Assembly (NCBI RefSeq): GCF_009914755.1 | Contig: NC_060932.1 | DNA: 64,000 bases | Direction: 5' to 3' (one strand) | Origin: the human T2T-CHM13v2.0 reference genome, Homo sapiens | In this document: piece by piece, positions 15,415 to 29,204 of the stretch | Position numbering within the stretch: the first letter of the stretch is position 1 | Layout of the letters: each line of letters starts with the position of its first letter | Notes under the pieces: generated by a model | The model's input: the letters and a program-made list of their open reading frames with translations, nothing else | The model's database searches: none | Told to the model about the DNA's origin: nothing | Program-made: the position numbers and the translations under genes

Positions 15415-15868
15415 AAGGTTTTTTTTTTATTATTATTACAAAAACTTTTCAATAAACATAAAAGTAGAGACACCAGTTTAATGAGCTATCATATACCCAT
15501 CACATAGATTTAAAAACTATTAACATTTGCAATATTTACTTCATTTGTTTTTCTGAAGTATTTACAAAATAGTTGACAGTAGTTATGTAATTGCATCCTG
15601 ATATTCATCCCTACGTAATTTACTTTCCCTCTAAAAACATGAGGGCACTTTTTATATGATCATTGTCATACCTAATCAAATTACCAGTAATTCCTTAATA
15701 TCCTCTAAGATCAAGTTTACATTCAGATGTCTTGTCCTCAAAATGTCATTTGTGATTATTTTTTTCTTTGACCAAAGATAGTAAGATCTCAAGATTTAAT
15801 GACAGAGATGCCATGTTAGCCCTGATGTCTAAGCTCTGTGGTCCATTGTGGCTTTACTTGAAAGTCTG

Positions 15869-16174
<306 letters not shown>

Positions 16175-17161
16175 TCATAATAAAAGGACACTCCATTTCC
16201 CATCTGGTCCCTGCTCCTTAATGTTAGCCCCCTCCTGTGGGGAGGAAGGGGTGACTTTCAGCGCGGGTTCAAATATTCCCAGGGCTGGCTCTGATCCCAA
16301 TAAAGCCCATCGTCATGAATGAATGCTTCCCTTGCAGGATATTCTAAGTATTGTAAATAGTGCACGTGGAGTGTCCTCATGATGCCTGGGATTGTAGTGA
16401 ATATTTATAGGTTTCTTTTAGTGCCTTTTTTTTTTAAGTGTTTTCTATAGTTCCATGTTTCTACAACCCTTAAGAACATCAGAATCATGTGTGTGTGGGT
16501 GCTTATTAAATAAAAGAGTTCCTGGAGCTCACTCCCAGTGACTGCCAGTCTGATGATTAGGGGCTTAGCTAGGACCTAGGTTTGCAAAAGCTCCCAGCTG
16601 ATCTCATGCAGCCAGCCTGGCTCTGGCTCTGGCGCTGGGAGCTGGGTTGGGAACTAGTCTTTGGTGCTATTCTGCTGATACTTCAAGTTGGGCTCTTTGA
16701 CTCCGTCTTGTATTGTCATCACTTGTATTCAGGTCTGTTCTTCCCCTGGATTGTAAACTCCTTGATGTCTGGGTCATCTCAGCTCATGAGCTGAGCTTTC
16801 AGTGGGTGCTCAGTGGAACAGGTGCTGAATGGAGTCCGGCTCTAGGGAGGCCAGGGTGTGTTGGTAAGTGAGAGACTAAAATCCTTTTAAAAAGAATCTT
16901 TTTGCCCTTCAGTTGTGTTTGCCATGAGTTAATGTGATTTACTCTAGTGGAAGCCAGTGCAGCTTAAGTGGAGGTCTTGCCCTGAAATGGAGCCAGGTTA
17001 TGGATCAGCAGAGCTGCCAAAAGCGTTTTGGGGGAAATGTTTCTGTGTCACCCTCAGTTGATTGAACTCAAGTTTTCACTCCCGTTTAACACCATGTGGG
17101 GGCCATTCTGACTTCTGCGGAGTGGGTATGATCAGATCTTCTGTAAAAGTGTAAGTGAGGG

Positions 17162-17466
17162 GGCTGGGCACGGTGGCTCACACCTGTAATCTTAGCACTT
17201 GGGAGGCTGAGGTAGGTGGATCACTTGAGGCCAAGAGTTTGAGACAAGCCTGGACGACATGATGAAACCTCATCTCTACTAAAAATACAAAAATTAGCCA
17301 GGCGTGATGGTGCATGCCTGTAATGCCAGCTACTCAGGAGCCCGAGGCAGGAGAATCACTTGAACCTGGGAGGTGGAAGTTGCAGTGAGCTGAGGTTGCA
17401 CCACTGCACAGTATTCCAGCCTGGGTGACAGAGCGAGACTGTCTCAAAAAAAAAATAAAAAAAAAA
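17162..17466 (+). mobile_element. Alu
   Basis: Full Alu; TSD aaaagtgta(a/t)gtgagg. Confidence 0.95.
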
Positions 17467-17749
17467 GTGTATGTGAGGAAACTGGAATTGAGCTTGGGGA
17501 TGTTGGGGGATGGAGGTACTTCATTTACTGAACAACAAAAACCATAGGATACCAATCCTGGAGGAAGAAGCATCATCCTCAGATTCTACTAACTCAACCA
17601 CGCATGAGATGGGGACTTGGTGTCTGAGAGAAAAGCTACTTTTTAGGTCTTCAACCTTGATCAAACCATTTCTGAATTCCTCATACATATATAATCAGGT
17701 GCTATGAGTGGTACTGATTGGATAATCTTTCTGTCTTTTCCTGTGCTAG

Positions 17750-17966
17750 GAAGGAAAATACATGTACAGCCAACTTCCTTGAGGGTTCGTTCTTTTGCAT
17801 CAGGGTGTCTCAAACTGATGCCCTTAAAACACCTGTAAGAGAATCATCCAGGCGGCTTGCTTGCTCTGCATGCAGGCCCTTTAGAATCAGACTCAGAATC
17901 CCTGGGGCTGGAGCCACAAAATGAAATGACATTTCAACGAGTTTGTCATCATGTGAGAGAGAATAG
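17750..17966 (+). other. Candidate non-coding exon (217 nt)
   Basis: Branch-like tactgat at 17712, long pyrimidine tract tctttctgtcttttcctgtgctag, donor TAG|GTGAGT. No transcript evidence available. Confidence 0.4.
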
Positions 17967-18059
17967 GTGAGTATTTGGATACCTATAATACAAAGTAGAT
18001 TCAAAAAGAATGACTTGATTATTTTAAATGTTGTGTTTTAAAAAATTTAATACAGAAAA

Positions 18060-18323
18060 GGCTGGGCACAGTGACCCATGCCTGTAATCTTAGCACTTTG
18101 GGAGGCCAAGGCGGGTGGATCATTTGAGGTCAGGAGTTCAAGACCAGCCTGGCCAACAAGGTGAAACCCCATCTCTACTAAAAACATAAAAATTAGCCAG
18201 GCAGTAGTGGTGCGTGCCTGTAATCCTAGCTGCGGGGGAGGCTGAGGCAGGAGAATTGCTTAAGCCTGGGAGGCAGAGATTTGGTGAGCTGAGATCGTAC
18301 CACTGCGCTCCAATGTGGGTGAC
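18060..18323 (+). mobile_element. Alu lacking tail, fused to the RPS24 pseudogene
   Basis: Ends at gggtgac and runs directly into RPS24-derived sequence. Confidence 0.92.
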
Positions 18324-18542
18324 GATTGTTTAACCACCACCAAAATGGGTTCTGAGTCCAACTATTAATATGAAGATGACATCCATTGTGGTCTTGTACA
18401 TTTTGTTGCCTTTCCGGGGTGAAGGACATTGGTGACCATTTGTTTCCTCTGGAACGGTCGATTGGTCATGAACTTCCTGGTCCAGGTAGTCACTGTGTCA
18501 TTCATGTTGGTGGTTGATCCTCAGGTAGTTAGGGAGGAAAAT
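18324..18542 (-). pseudogene. RPS24: RPS24 processed pseudogene fragment (5' UTR and N-terminal part, with internal deletion)
   Basis: Minus strand from ATG at 18505 reads [34 protein letters not shown], then after a deletion [11 protein letters not shown]...RTHFGGG. This matches RPS24 ([34 protein letters not shown]...KMYKTTPDVIF...RTHFGGG). Intronless, with a pyrimidine-rich 5' UTR (ttttcctcc). Confidence 0.93.
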
Positions 18543-18962
18543 AAACAAGAAGTTATATATTTAAAATCACGTTTCAATTTTAGACCTGATTAATTGACTT
18601 AATAAAGGGCATTAGCAATTCTACTTCCTACAGTCCCTCTCTTTACCTCTGGAAACTAGTTATTTCTAGGTTGTTTTATGTTGTTAAGGTTGACCACCTT
18701 CTCTTTCTGTTCTGCAATCATAGTCCTATCACTAGCCTTTTGTCATGGTCATTCAATTCACAAGTTGCTTATTTTTTAATTTCTTGGCTGACTAAATTTT
18801 ATTATGAAGACTTTTTTTTTTAAAGAGCTCAGAAATACTGTATTCTTTAAGTTCTTCAGCATGTGTCTTTTGCCTATTTTGATTGGGCAATAATTTAGCT
18901 GGCTATAAAATTCTTGGATTATACTCTATTTCCCTTAGAAATTATAGGCACCCATCCACTGA

Positions 18963-19287
<325 letters not shown>

Positions 19288-19654
19288 CATTGTGCTTTGT
19301 ACTAACCCCCTTTCCCTGGCCTCTTCCAGCTTGTCTTCTTCTCTCCCAGTAGTTTCTTCATGAAGAGGCCATGTGCTATATTCCATGAGATATTTCACAC
19401 TCAAAGAAGACTTCTTTTATACTCTTGTGATAATTTGTCTGGGAATCACTGTCTTGATTTGTAAGGGAGTTTGTAATAAATACAATAAAAGAGAAACACA
19501 ATATATTTTGAGACATCAGAGAAGGGAGAAACCAATTCTATTAATATTTGGGGTTAGCAGGGAAGGCTTAGTTAAGAGGTAACATTTGAACTAAGCCTTG
19601 AAATAAGGGAAAGATTTGGCCATGCAGAAATGGCGAGAGAGTAGAAGCAAGACA

Positions 19655-20113
19655 TGATGGTTAGTGTTATGTATCAATTTGACTGGGTTGTGGGGTGCCC
19701 AGATATTTGGCTACACATTATTCTGGGTGTGTCTCTGAGGTATTCTGGATGAGTATAACATTTAATTGGTAGACTGAATAAAGCAGATTGTCCTCCCCAG
19801 TGTGGGTGAGCCTCATCCAATCCATTGAAGGCCTGAACAAAACAAAAAGGTAGAATCACAGAGAATTTGCTCTTTTTACCTGATTATATTTGAGCTGGGA
19901 CATCAATCTTCTCCTGACTTTACATGTGGACTCGAGTTGGAACTATATCATTGGCTGTCCTGGGTCTCCAGCTTGCTGGCTGCAGACTCCAGGACTCCTT
20001 AGCTTCCATAACCAGGTGAGCCATCCCTTACAACAAATCAATCTGTCTCTCTCTATGTGTATATCTCTACCTCTATCTCTCTGCTCTTTCTCTGGAGAAC
20101 CTAGAATAATACA
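19655..20113 (+). mobile_element. MLT2 (ERVL) LTR
   Basis: tgatggttagtgttatgtatcaatttgactggg...tctctggagaacctagaataataca. Confidence 0.85.
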
Positions 20114-20643
20114 CAAGGTTATATTAGAGAAGAGGATGACCCAAGGAAAAGCATGGAGGCAGAAAAGTGCAAAGAGGGTTTGGGAAGACTGGGGTCCTGA
20201 TGGGGAGTTTGGATTTCTCTGTGTGTAGCATGGAGAATCCTTGAAAATATTCAAGAGGTGAAAATTGTATTTGTGGAAGAACACCAGGAGTATGTGAAAA
20301 GAAAAACACTCACTCCATTTTAACTCCACTGAAGGGGGCATCAACGGGATGCACTGGGGACATGGGTTGGAGGGTAGTTGAGGCCATATCTGGAGGATCT
20401 TTACTTCTAAGCTGAGTCTGAAGTTATCTTTCTGGGGAGTGGGAAATTACAAATCTTTGAGCTCCACTCAAGAGATGGTTTTGCTAACAATGGCAGGACG
20501 ACGGTGGTGGTGGTGGTGGGAAACTGGTAGCATGAATTCTAATTGGGTTTCTGTTATTCTAGCCGAGAAAATTGGGGAATGGACTTTCAGTAGAATAATA
20601 CAGATCTGGGAATCAACTGCATGGAGGAGGTAGTTATAGGTGA

Positions 20644-20792
20644 TGAGATGTCTCAGGGACAAAGTTTGGTAGAAGGAGAAAAGATACTAGGCTGCTACAA
20701 AAATAATTGCTGTTTTTGCCATTATTTTTAATGGCAAAATCCGCAATTACTTTTGCACCAACCTAATAGGATGCAAACTTCGGAGCCATCTG
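20644..20792 (-). ncRNA. MIR548I: mir-548i-type pre-miRNA hairpin; mature AAAAGUAAUUGCGGAUUUUGCC at 20754-20733
   Basis: Reverse complement cagatggctccgaagtttgcatcctattaggttggtgcAAAAGTAATTGCGGATTTTGCCattaaaaataatggcaaaaacagc... matches my recollection of the 149-nt mir-548i precursors, including non-repeat flanks. Palindromic MADE1 core. Confidence 0.85.
20687..20766. mobile_element. MADE1 MITE (Hsmar1-derived, 80 bp)
   Basis: 80-bp imperfect palindrome ctaggctgctacaaaaataattgc...gcaattacttttgcaccaacctaa flanked by TA at 20685-20686 and 20767-20768. Confidence 0.93.
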
Positions 20793-22139
20793 CATCAGAG
20801 GGATTGATGAAGATCAACAAAGTTTGGGAACACAGGAAAGGAGCGGGGAGGGTAATGACTTGAGGGCATAGCAGGGATAATCAAGGTTTTTCTTGTTAGC
20901 ATGTGGAGACTTAAGCATGATTATATGTTAATCGCCTGGCACATACACGGTGCAAAATATTTATGAGTGAAATGACAAGTGAAGGTGGTGAGTCATGGGA
21001 GTTCCAAGGGAACGGGTGATAAAGGCAGGTCTCAAATGAGGCACAAGTGGAGAAGGTAGCTTGGGAAAGGAGAAGGATGCTTCTCCTTATAACATGGGAA
21101 AGGCAGAGGAAGAGGATCAAGATACAGTGATCTAGGGGTGAGATGGAAGTGAGTTGAGAGAACTCAACTCTGGGCTCTGAAACCCCTAGGGCTGGGTTTG
21201 GGGGGCTTTGAGATATGGAAGAGGTTTACAGTCAATTGTTATAGCAAATATGGTTTGGAATTTATTTGTGATGCTTAAAAATATTGCTGAACAGAAGTGA
21301 AGTCTGCCCTAGAGTTGGATGGTGAGATTATTTAGTGGAACTACCAGATCCCTGTTGTGATTCTTTCCAGTATCATTCAGCAGCCCTTGGGCAGTTGCGA
21401 GGCAAGTCGTCAATGGGGTATGGAGATTTTCCAGGTGGGTGTGGTTGAAGGAAGGGAAGAAAGAGTTTAGGAGCACATTACAAGAAGAAGGTGACTGTAA
21501 GGTCCAGGCTGAGCAGGAAGGTAAAGCAAGAAGGAAACATGAGGTTGTGAAGAGAAGTTTAGAGGGATGAGGAGGCAGGAGAGGTGAACAGTTGCAGGAT
21601 GTAGCTAGAGTGGCGATGTTAGATCTTGGGGCCAGAGAGCTTTACAATGATTATGAAGATCAAAGGGCATTAGAATCAAGCTATAAAGAGCCACTGTTTG
21701 ATGTTGGGATGTGAGGATGCTGCAGGTGGATGTCTGCACATTGATGGTGAGAACATGGTCACCCTGGCCCTGCTGGGTCTTTGCTAAAGAGACTGTGCTC
21801 TGTTCTTGGGGCCGTTTTCATCACCTGATTACAGCAGTGGTCCCCAAATGGTGTTCTTTGGACCATCTGTATAAAATGTTCATAGGTCAAGGATAAAATG
21901 GAAAAACAGAGAAAATGTCACAGAAATGTGCCCATTGTTGAGAGACCACCAGCTGTCCTTTTTGGAGGATTGTTCTTTATTCTAAAAATGTATATATTCT
22001 ATTCTATTAAAACATTTTTGTATTGGCATTTTTTTCTCTTTTATGAAATGCCATGGGGTAGAAATTTGTAATGTATCCAATTCTCCTGTCTTCATGTATT
22101 GCCCTGTGGTGGGGGAGGGGATGTGGCTAGTACTGGCCA

Positions 22140-22420
22140 AGAGGCTGGGGGCAGAGGTGCAATGTTAGACTTCTAGCCTGGAGCATTTAATTCTTAGTAC
22201 AAGACTCTCTAACATTCTTCTCCCTCTGTTCCCTGCTTGGTGATACTCGAGGTATTGCAACCCCCATTAACCTTAGTCTTAGGGCAAGTTTGATGGGAAA
22301 CAGAGCACCCCACACCTCCCTGCAGATGAAGCATGAGTGAGAAAAACAACTTCTGATGTTTGAAGTTACCAAGATTTGGGAGTTGTTTGTTATTGCAGCA
22401 AAACCTCACCTATTCTGACC
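22140..22420 (+). mobile_element. MLT1 LTR fragment
   Basis: Ends ttgaagttaccaagatttgggagttgtttgttattgcagca. Confidence 0.55.
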
Positions 22421-22433
22421 AATCATGGTGGAA

Positions 22434-22438
<5 letters not shown>

Positions 22439-22480
<42 letters not shown>
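22439..22480 (+). repeat. (GT)n microsatellite, about 21 units
   Basis: Read directly. Confidence 0.97.
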
Positions 22481-22482
<2 letters not shown>

Positions 22483-23640
22483 CTGGTAGTTTAAAAAAGT
22501 TCCTTCTTACCCAAAAGAAAAAAAAGATAGCAACCTTATGTTGGTTCTCAAATTAAAAAAATATTTTTACTCGTTCATAAAATAGAAAAATCTGAGAATC
22601 TGTAGCTTAGAGAACTACAGTGTGGGATGTCTATAAAGACCAGGTTATTTTATCAGCTCCTAACACCCCTTAATAGAAGCTTAGCCAAGACTTGCACTAT
22701 TTCAGTCTTTCCCATTCCACATTCCATGGACTCTTGAAGAGACATTGATGAAACGGTGCAGCCATGAACCACCCTCACTCAATCCTAGTGGCAGAATCCC
22801 CCTTTTACTGCAGAATGAGCTTCTTGCTACAGTGATACTTGAACCCCTTAGATATATCCTGTACTAATTATATTAAAACACGACCAATGCTTTTGCTTTG
22901 TTGTCCCCCAAATTAAACACCTTAATCATGAGAACCCAGAGAATTGGATTTAGTGTAACTGATTCCAAACTGTCAGTAAGAACATAATTTATATTTTTCT
23001 CCAATTCAATTAAAAGAAAATTGACAATAAAAAGCTGATCAATACGTGTAGCTCAGGAGGTAGAGCCTGCTTTGAGATGCAGAAGTGTTTTTTTTTTTTT
23101 AGATCTATATTCTTGAGTAAAGAAAAAATCCATCTTTCTTTCCTAGAGGGGAAGAGTTTCAGAGCTGGGCTTGGCAACAGCCTGACTATCAGAGGCTGAA
23201 TTAAACAAATAGATACCTCCCTGGAGTGAATGGTGTGTTTCTCCTGTTTGGGGAACCGTGCTTTTATGGGGCAGTTTGCGTTCTGTCTTGGTCTCCGGAT
23301 GTGTGTATCTGTGGGTGGATGTCTGCATGTAAATGGAAGTGTATACCTGTGTGGGTGTGTACAAAATTCCCATGTGAATCTCAGCTTTGTGGGGATCTCC
23401 AGTTCTTGAGCCCAGTAGATGCCATTTGAAGAAAAAATCACTTGAAAATGAGACAGAAAGAATAGAAACTAAATCCTAGCTCTAAAGGCACCAGGCTGAT
23501 TAAAAAAAAAAAAAACTCAGGTTCTTCTTTGTTTTGGACTCTACCTACCTCTAAATGACATTTCTGTTTCCTATGAGATGATTAGAATGAAAAAGATCCT
23601 GAGCCCGAAAGAGCAGATACTGTGTGATAGTGTGTATATC

Positions 23641-23858
23641 AGGGTGTCAGCTGTGACACTGCTGACATTTTGGCTCAGCAATTTCTCTGTTCTATGTGTG
23701 GGGGTTCCCTGTGCATTTCAGGATGTTGAGCGGCATCCCTGGATCCCTGGACTCACTGGATGCAGTAACACAACTCCCCCCAAGTAGACACAACCCTCAG
23801 TGTCTCCAGATATTCCCTAATGTCCCCAGGGGGCAAAATAGCCCCATCTGAGAACTGC
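23641..23858. mobile_element. MER20
   Basis: ccctgtgcatttcaggatgttgagcggcatccctgg...gtgtctccagatattccctaatgtccccagggggcaaaa. Confidence 0.8.
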
Positions 23859-24007
23859 TGCTTTCATAAAGTACAATGTCAGGTGAAATAGGTGGAGGCT
23901 GTTTGTAGTCAGGGGTTAGTAGAGATGGAAGAGACCCCAGGAATATCCTGGAAGGGGCTGTAATATTTTGTTTCTTGAATTGGGTGTCAGTAATATGGAG
24001 ATGTTCA

Positions 24008-24326
24008 GTTTTTTGTTGTTGTTGTTGTTGATTTTGAGGCAGGATCTTGCTCTGTCACCTAGGCTGGAGCACAGTGGCACCGTCATGGCTCACTGCAGCC
24101 TCTGCCTCCTGGGCTCCAGCAGTCCTCCCACCTCAGCCCTCCCTAGTAGCTGGGACTACAGGCAGGTGCCACCACTGTTGCCTAATTTTTTATTTATTTA
24201 TTTTTTGTAGAGAGGAGTGTCTCACTATGCTGCCCAGGCTGGTCTCAAGCTCCTGGGCTCAAGCAATCTGCTCACCTCGGCCTCCCAAAGTGCTGGGATG
24301 GCAGGCATGAGCCACTGCTTCTGGCC
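24008..24326 (-). mobile_element. Alu (J-type)
   Basis: Full Alu; TSD atgttcagttt. Confidence 0.93.
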
Positions 24327-24765
24327 AGTATGTTCAGTTTGTAAGAAAAGTACTGTGTTGACCTCTTCTATGTGCACATTTCTTTAAGTAATAATTCAAT
24401 AAAGCATTTAGAAAAATTGGTCATAATAGGAGTAATTTGTAGAGTGATTGGCATGAAAGCTGATCACCTTAATTTGAACTACTCTGAAATGAGCACCAGG
24501 GGCCACCAAGAGGACCATTTCAAGGTGTCATAGCCAAGGAGAGGAGTGTGTTGTGTACATCTCTGCATAAAGGATTTGCTGGTTACATGGAAGGATGAAG
24601 CCTCCTTCTGAGGACAGAGGCAGCAAAGCAAGTGGAAGCCCAAAGCATTGAGCTTTCCAAATGGACTTTGCTAAAATCTTGTGGATGGCTCATGCTCTTA
24701 ACATACACCCATGTACATATTGTCCATATAAACATTAATTCTGTAACAAGGCCCACACTTAAGGG

Positions 24766-25062
24766 TTTTTTTTTTTCTTTTGTGACAGTCTTGCTTTATT
24801 GCCTAGGCTAGAGTACAGTGGCATAATCGTGACTCACTGCAACCTCCGCCTCCTGGGTTCAAGCAATGCTTGTGCCTCAGCCACCTGAGTAGCTGGGACT
24901 ACAGGTGCAGAACACCATGCCTGGGTAATTTTTGTATTTTTAGTAGAGACGGGGTTTCACCATGTTGGCCAGGCTGGTCTCAAACTCCTGGCCTCAAGTG
25001 ATCTGCGCACCTCAGCCTCCTAAAGTGTTGGGATTACAGGTGTGAGCCACTGCACCTGGGCC
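24766..25062 (-). mobile_element. Alu
   Basis: Full Alu. Confidence 0.95.
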
Positions 25063-25264
25063 CATACATAAGGTTTGAGTTGAGATAGAGAAACTCTGGC
25101 AGGACTGAGGAATTGGGCCACAGTCTCTGGGAAATATGCACAATTTCTGGAATCTTCTCTACTTCCAGAATTCCCACTTTCTGTCTCCTGTTTATTCAAC
25201 AAACTTGTATGGAACCACAGTGTGTCTAGAACTTGCCAGGTGTGGAGGATAAAAAGATGACTGA

Positions 25265-25552
25265 GACCGGACATGGTGGCTCATGCCTGTAATCCCAGCA
25301 CTTTGGGAGGCCAAAGCAGGCGCATCACTTGAGGGCAGGAGTTTGAGCACAGCCTGGCCAACATGATGAAACGTCTTTACTAAAAATACAAAAATTAGCC
25401 AGGCATGGTGGCATGCACATGTAGTCCCATATACTTGGGAAGCTGAGACAGGAGAATCGCTTGAACCCAGGAGGCAGATGTTTCAGTGAGCTGAGATCAC
25501 ACCGCTGCATTCCAGCCTGGGAGACAGAGCAAGATTCCATGGCAAAAAAAAA
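25265..25552 (+). mobile_element. Alu
   Basis: Full Alu; TSD aaaaagatgactga. Confidence 0.95.
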
Positions 25553-26214
25553 GATGACTGAAATACAGACTCCCTCAGAGTTGACTCTAACACAAGCTAG
25601 GTAAGAGCCCAAGGTCTGGCTGGGCAGACACCTTGATCGGCCTCATCCTGCAGCGTCTACTAGAATGAAGAACACTTTTTTCTTTACCCATGAAAATGTT
25701 TTGTGCTTCATACCCACAAGTGCAATTTGTGTTAATTCTGCAAAATTTGCCGCATAACTCTGCCTGTATTCTTAGCATTTTTCCCTTGAGAGATTTCTCA
25801 GCACATCATCTTTGGACTATGTGGAATTGGAAATTTACTTAGAGTCAACAACAAGTACAGGAAAGTCAGTTCTTAGTCAAGAGTTAGGTTTTCAAAGACA
25901 GTGGATAAAATAAAAAATTAACATTTGATGTACAGTTAAGATTATACGTGCAAATCCCCTCATCATTCATAAAGTTTAGCAGTCAGTCTTACCGTGGCTC
26001 ACCAGGTCCAATCCATACTTCTTCCTCCACGATTGGAGCAGAGGGTGATTTTTTTTCTGAGCAACTGATGAAGTCATTTAGAGACCATTTGCAGTAGAAA
26101 CCATGTGTACTAGAGACCAATCAATGTGCCCTCATGGCAGCATTTCTGCCTCTCTCCGTCTTTGTTCTTGCCAAGTACCCACAGTTCATTTTCCATAGAT
26201 TGAAAGAGCCCAAG

Positions 26215-26383
26215 TTGGGCTTATATCTAGGAGTACAATTGCTAGGTCATTTGGTAACTCTATGTAGAATTGTTTGGGAAGTTGTTAAACTGTTTCTCAC
26301 AGTGGCTACACCATTTTAATTCCTACCAGCTGTGTATGAAGGTTCTAGTTTCTCTGCATCCTCACCAAAACTTGTTATTTTCT

Positions 26384-26421
<38 letters not shown>

Positions 26422-27290
26422 AGACAAAGTCTTGCTCTGTCGCCCAGGCTGGAGTGCAGTGGCACAATCTCAGCTCACTGCAACCTCTGCCTCCAGATTC
26501 AAGTTACTCTCCTGCCTCAGCCTCCCGAGTAGCTGGGATTATAGGAACCTGCCACCATGCCTGGCTAATTTTTGTATTTTTTTAGTACAGACAGGGTTTC
26601 ACCATGTTGTCCAGGCTGGTCTCACACTCCTGGCCTCAGGTGATCCACCTGCCTCGGTCTCCCAAAGTGCTGGGATTACAGGCATGAGCCACCACACCAG
26701 GCCAATTTTCTCTATCTTCGATTCTAGCCATGCTTATGGGTATGAAGTGGTATCTAATTGTGGTTTTGATTTCTGTTTCCCTGATGATGAATTTCATTGA
26801 GCATCTTTTCATGTGCTTATTGACCACTTGTATGTCTTCCTTGGAGATGCGCAGTATTTTCATATTCAAAAATGAAAGCACAGGTCCACACAAAATTTTG
26901 TACATGAATAATTGCAGTAGCATCACTCCTAATAACCCAAAGAGAGAATTAATCCAAATGCCCGTCACCAGATGAAGAGATACACCTATTGTTGTCTACC
27001 CACATGGTGGAATATTATTTGATCACAAAAAGGAGGATAGTACATACGCTACAGCGTGGATGAACCTTCAAAACAGATGAAAGATCACATTCTACATGAT
27101 TTCATTCAGATGGAAATCTACAGAAATAGGAAGTCGATTAGTGGTTGCTTAGGGGTGGTAGGGGCATGGGAGGATGGGGGTGTTAGCTAAAGGGTATGAG
27201 GTTTCTTTTTGAGGTCATGAAATGTTCTAAAATTGACTGGTAATGTTTGTGTATATCTCTGAATATATTGAAAACCATTGAAATGTAAAA
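26215..27290. mobile_element. Old L1M with 5' inversion (minus 26215-26850, plus 26870-27290), split by an Alu
   Basis: Antisense then sense L1 3'-region sequence that is contiguous in L1 coordinates. Confidence 0.72.
26385..26703 (-). mobile_element. Alu (S-type)
   Basis: Full Alu with long poly(T). Confidence 0.95.
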
Positions 27291-27500
27291 AATGCAAAGA
27301 AAAAACAGCCCAAGTTGCAATTTTATTCAACGCTTGATTGGCTTTAAAAATAGATTCCAGGCTGGGCATGGTGGCTCACACCTGAAATCCCAGTGCTTTG
27401 GGAGGCTGTGGTGGGAGGATTGCTTGAAGCCAGGAGTTCCAGGCCAGCCTTGGCAACATGGCAAGACCCTGTCTGTACAAAAAAAGAAAAAATAAATAAC

Positions 27501-28722
<1,222 letters not shown>

Positions 28723-28846
28723 TCAGCTACTCTGAAGGCTGAGACGGGAGGATGGATTGAGACCAGGGGTAATTTGAAGCTGCAGTGAACTATGATTGTG
28801 ACAGTGCACTCCACCCTGGACTGCAGAGCAGGACCCTGTCTCTTGT

Positions 28847-28888
<42 letters not shown>

Positions 28889-28907
28889 ATACACACATAC
28901 ATACATA
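28847..28907 (+). repeat. (CA)n/(CATA)n microsatellite
   Basis: Read directly. Confidence 0.95.
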
Positions 28908-29204
28908 CCCAGGTTCTACCTCTGGTGATTCTGACTCAGTAGGGTGGGGTATCCCCTAGGGATCCTGCTGTCCAGCCTGGTCTGGGATCCACTTTTCATT
29001 GGGAACTGAGACACTGGCTGTGAGCCTTTCTGTCCTGAGATGTAGAGGTCATGGCGATGCAGGTTCAAGCTTAAGGAGACCTGACTGTGCGTTAGGTATT
29101 GTGCTGAACATCATCTCTTACTCTCACAGCAACATCCTTAGAAGGTTAATGATGTATCCGTGCTCTACAGATGAGGAACTGAGCTTTCAGAGGAGTTTAG
29201 CTTG

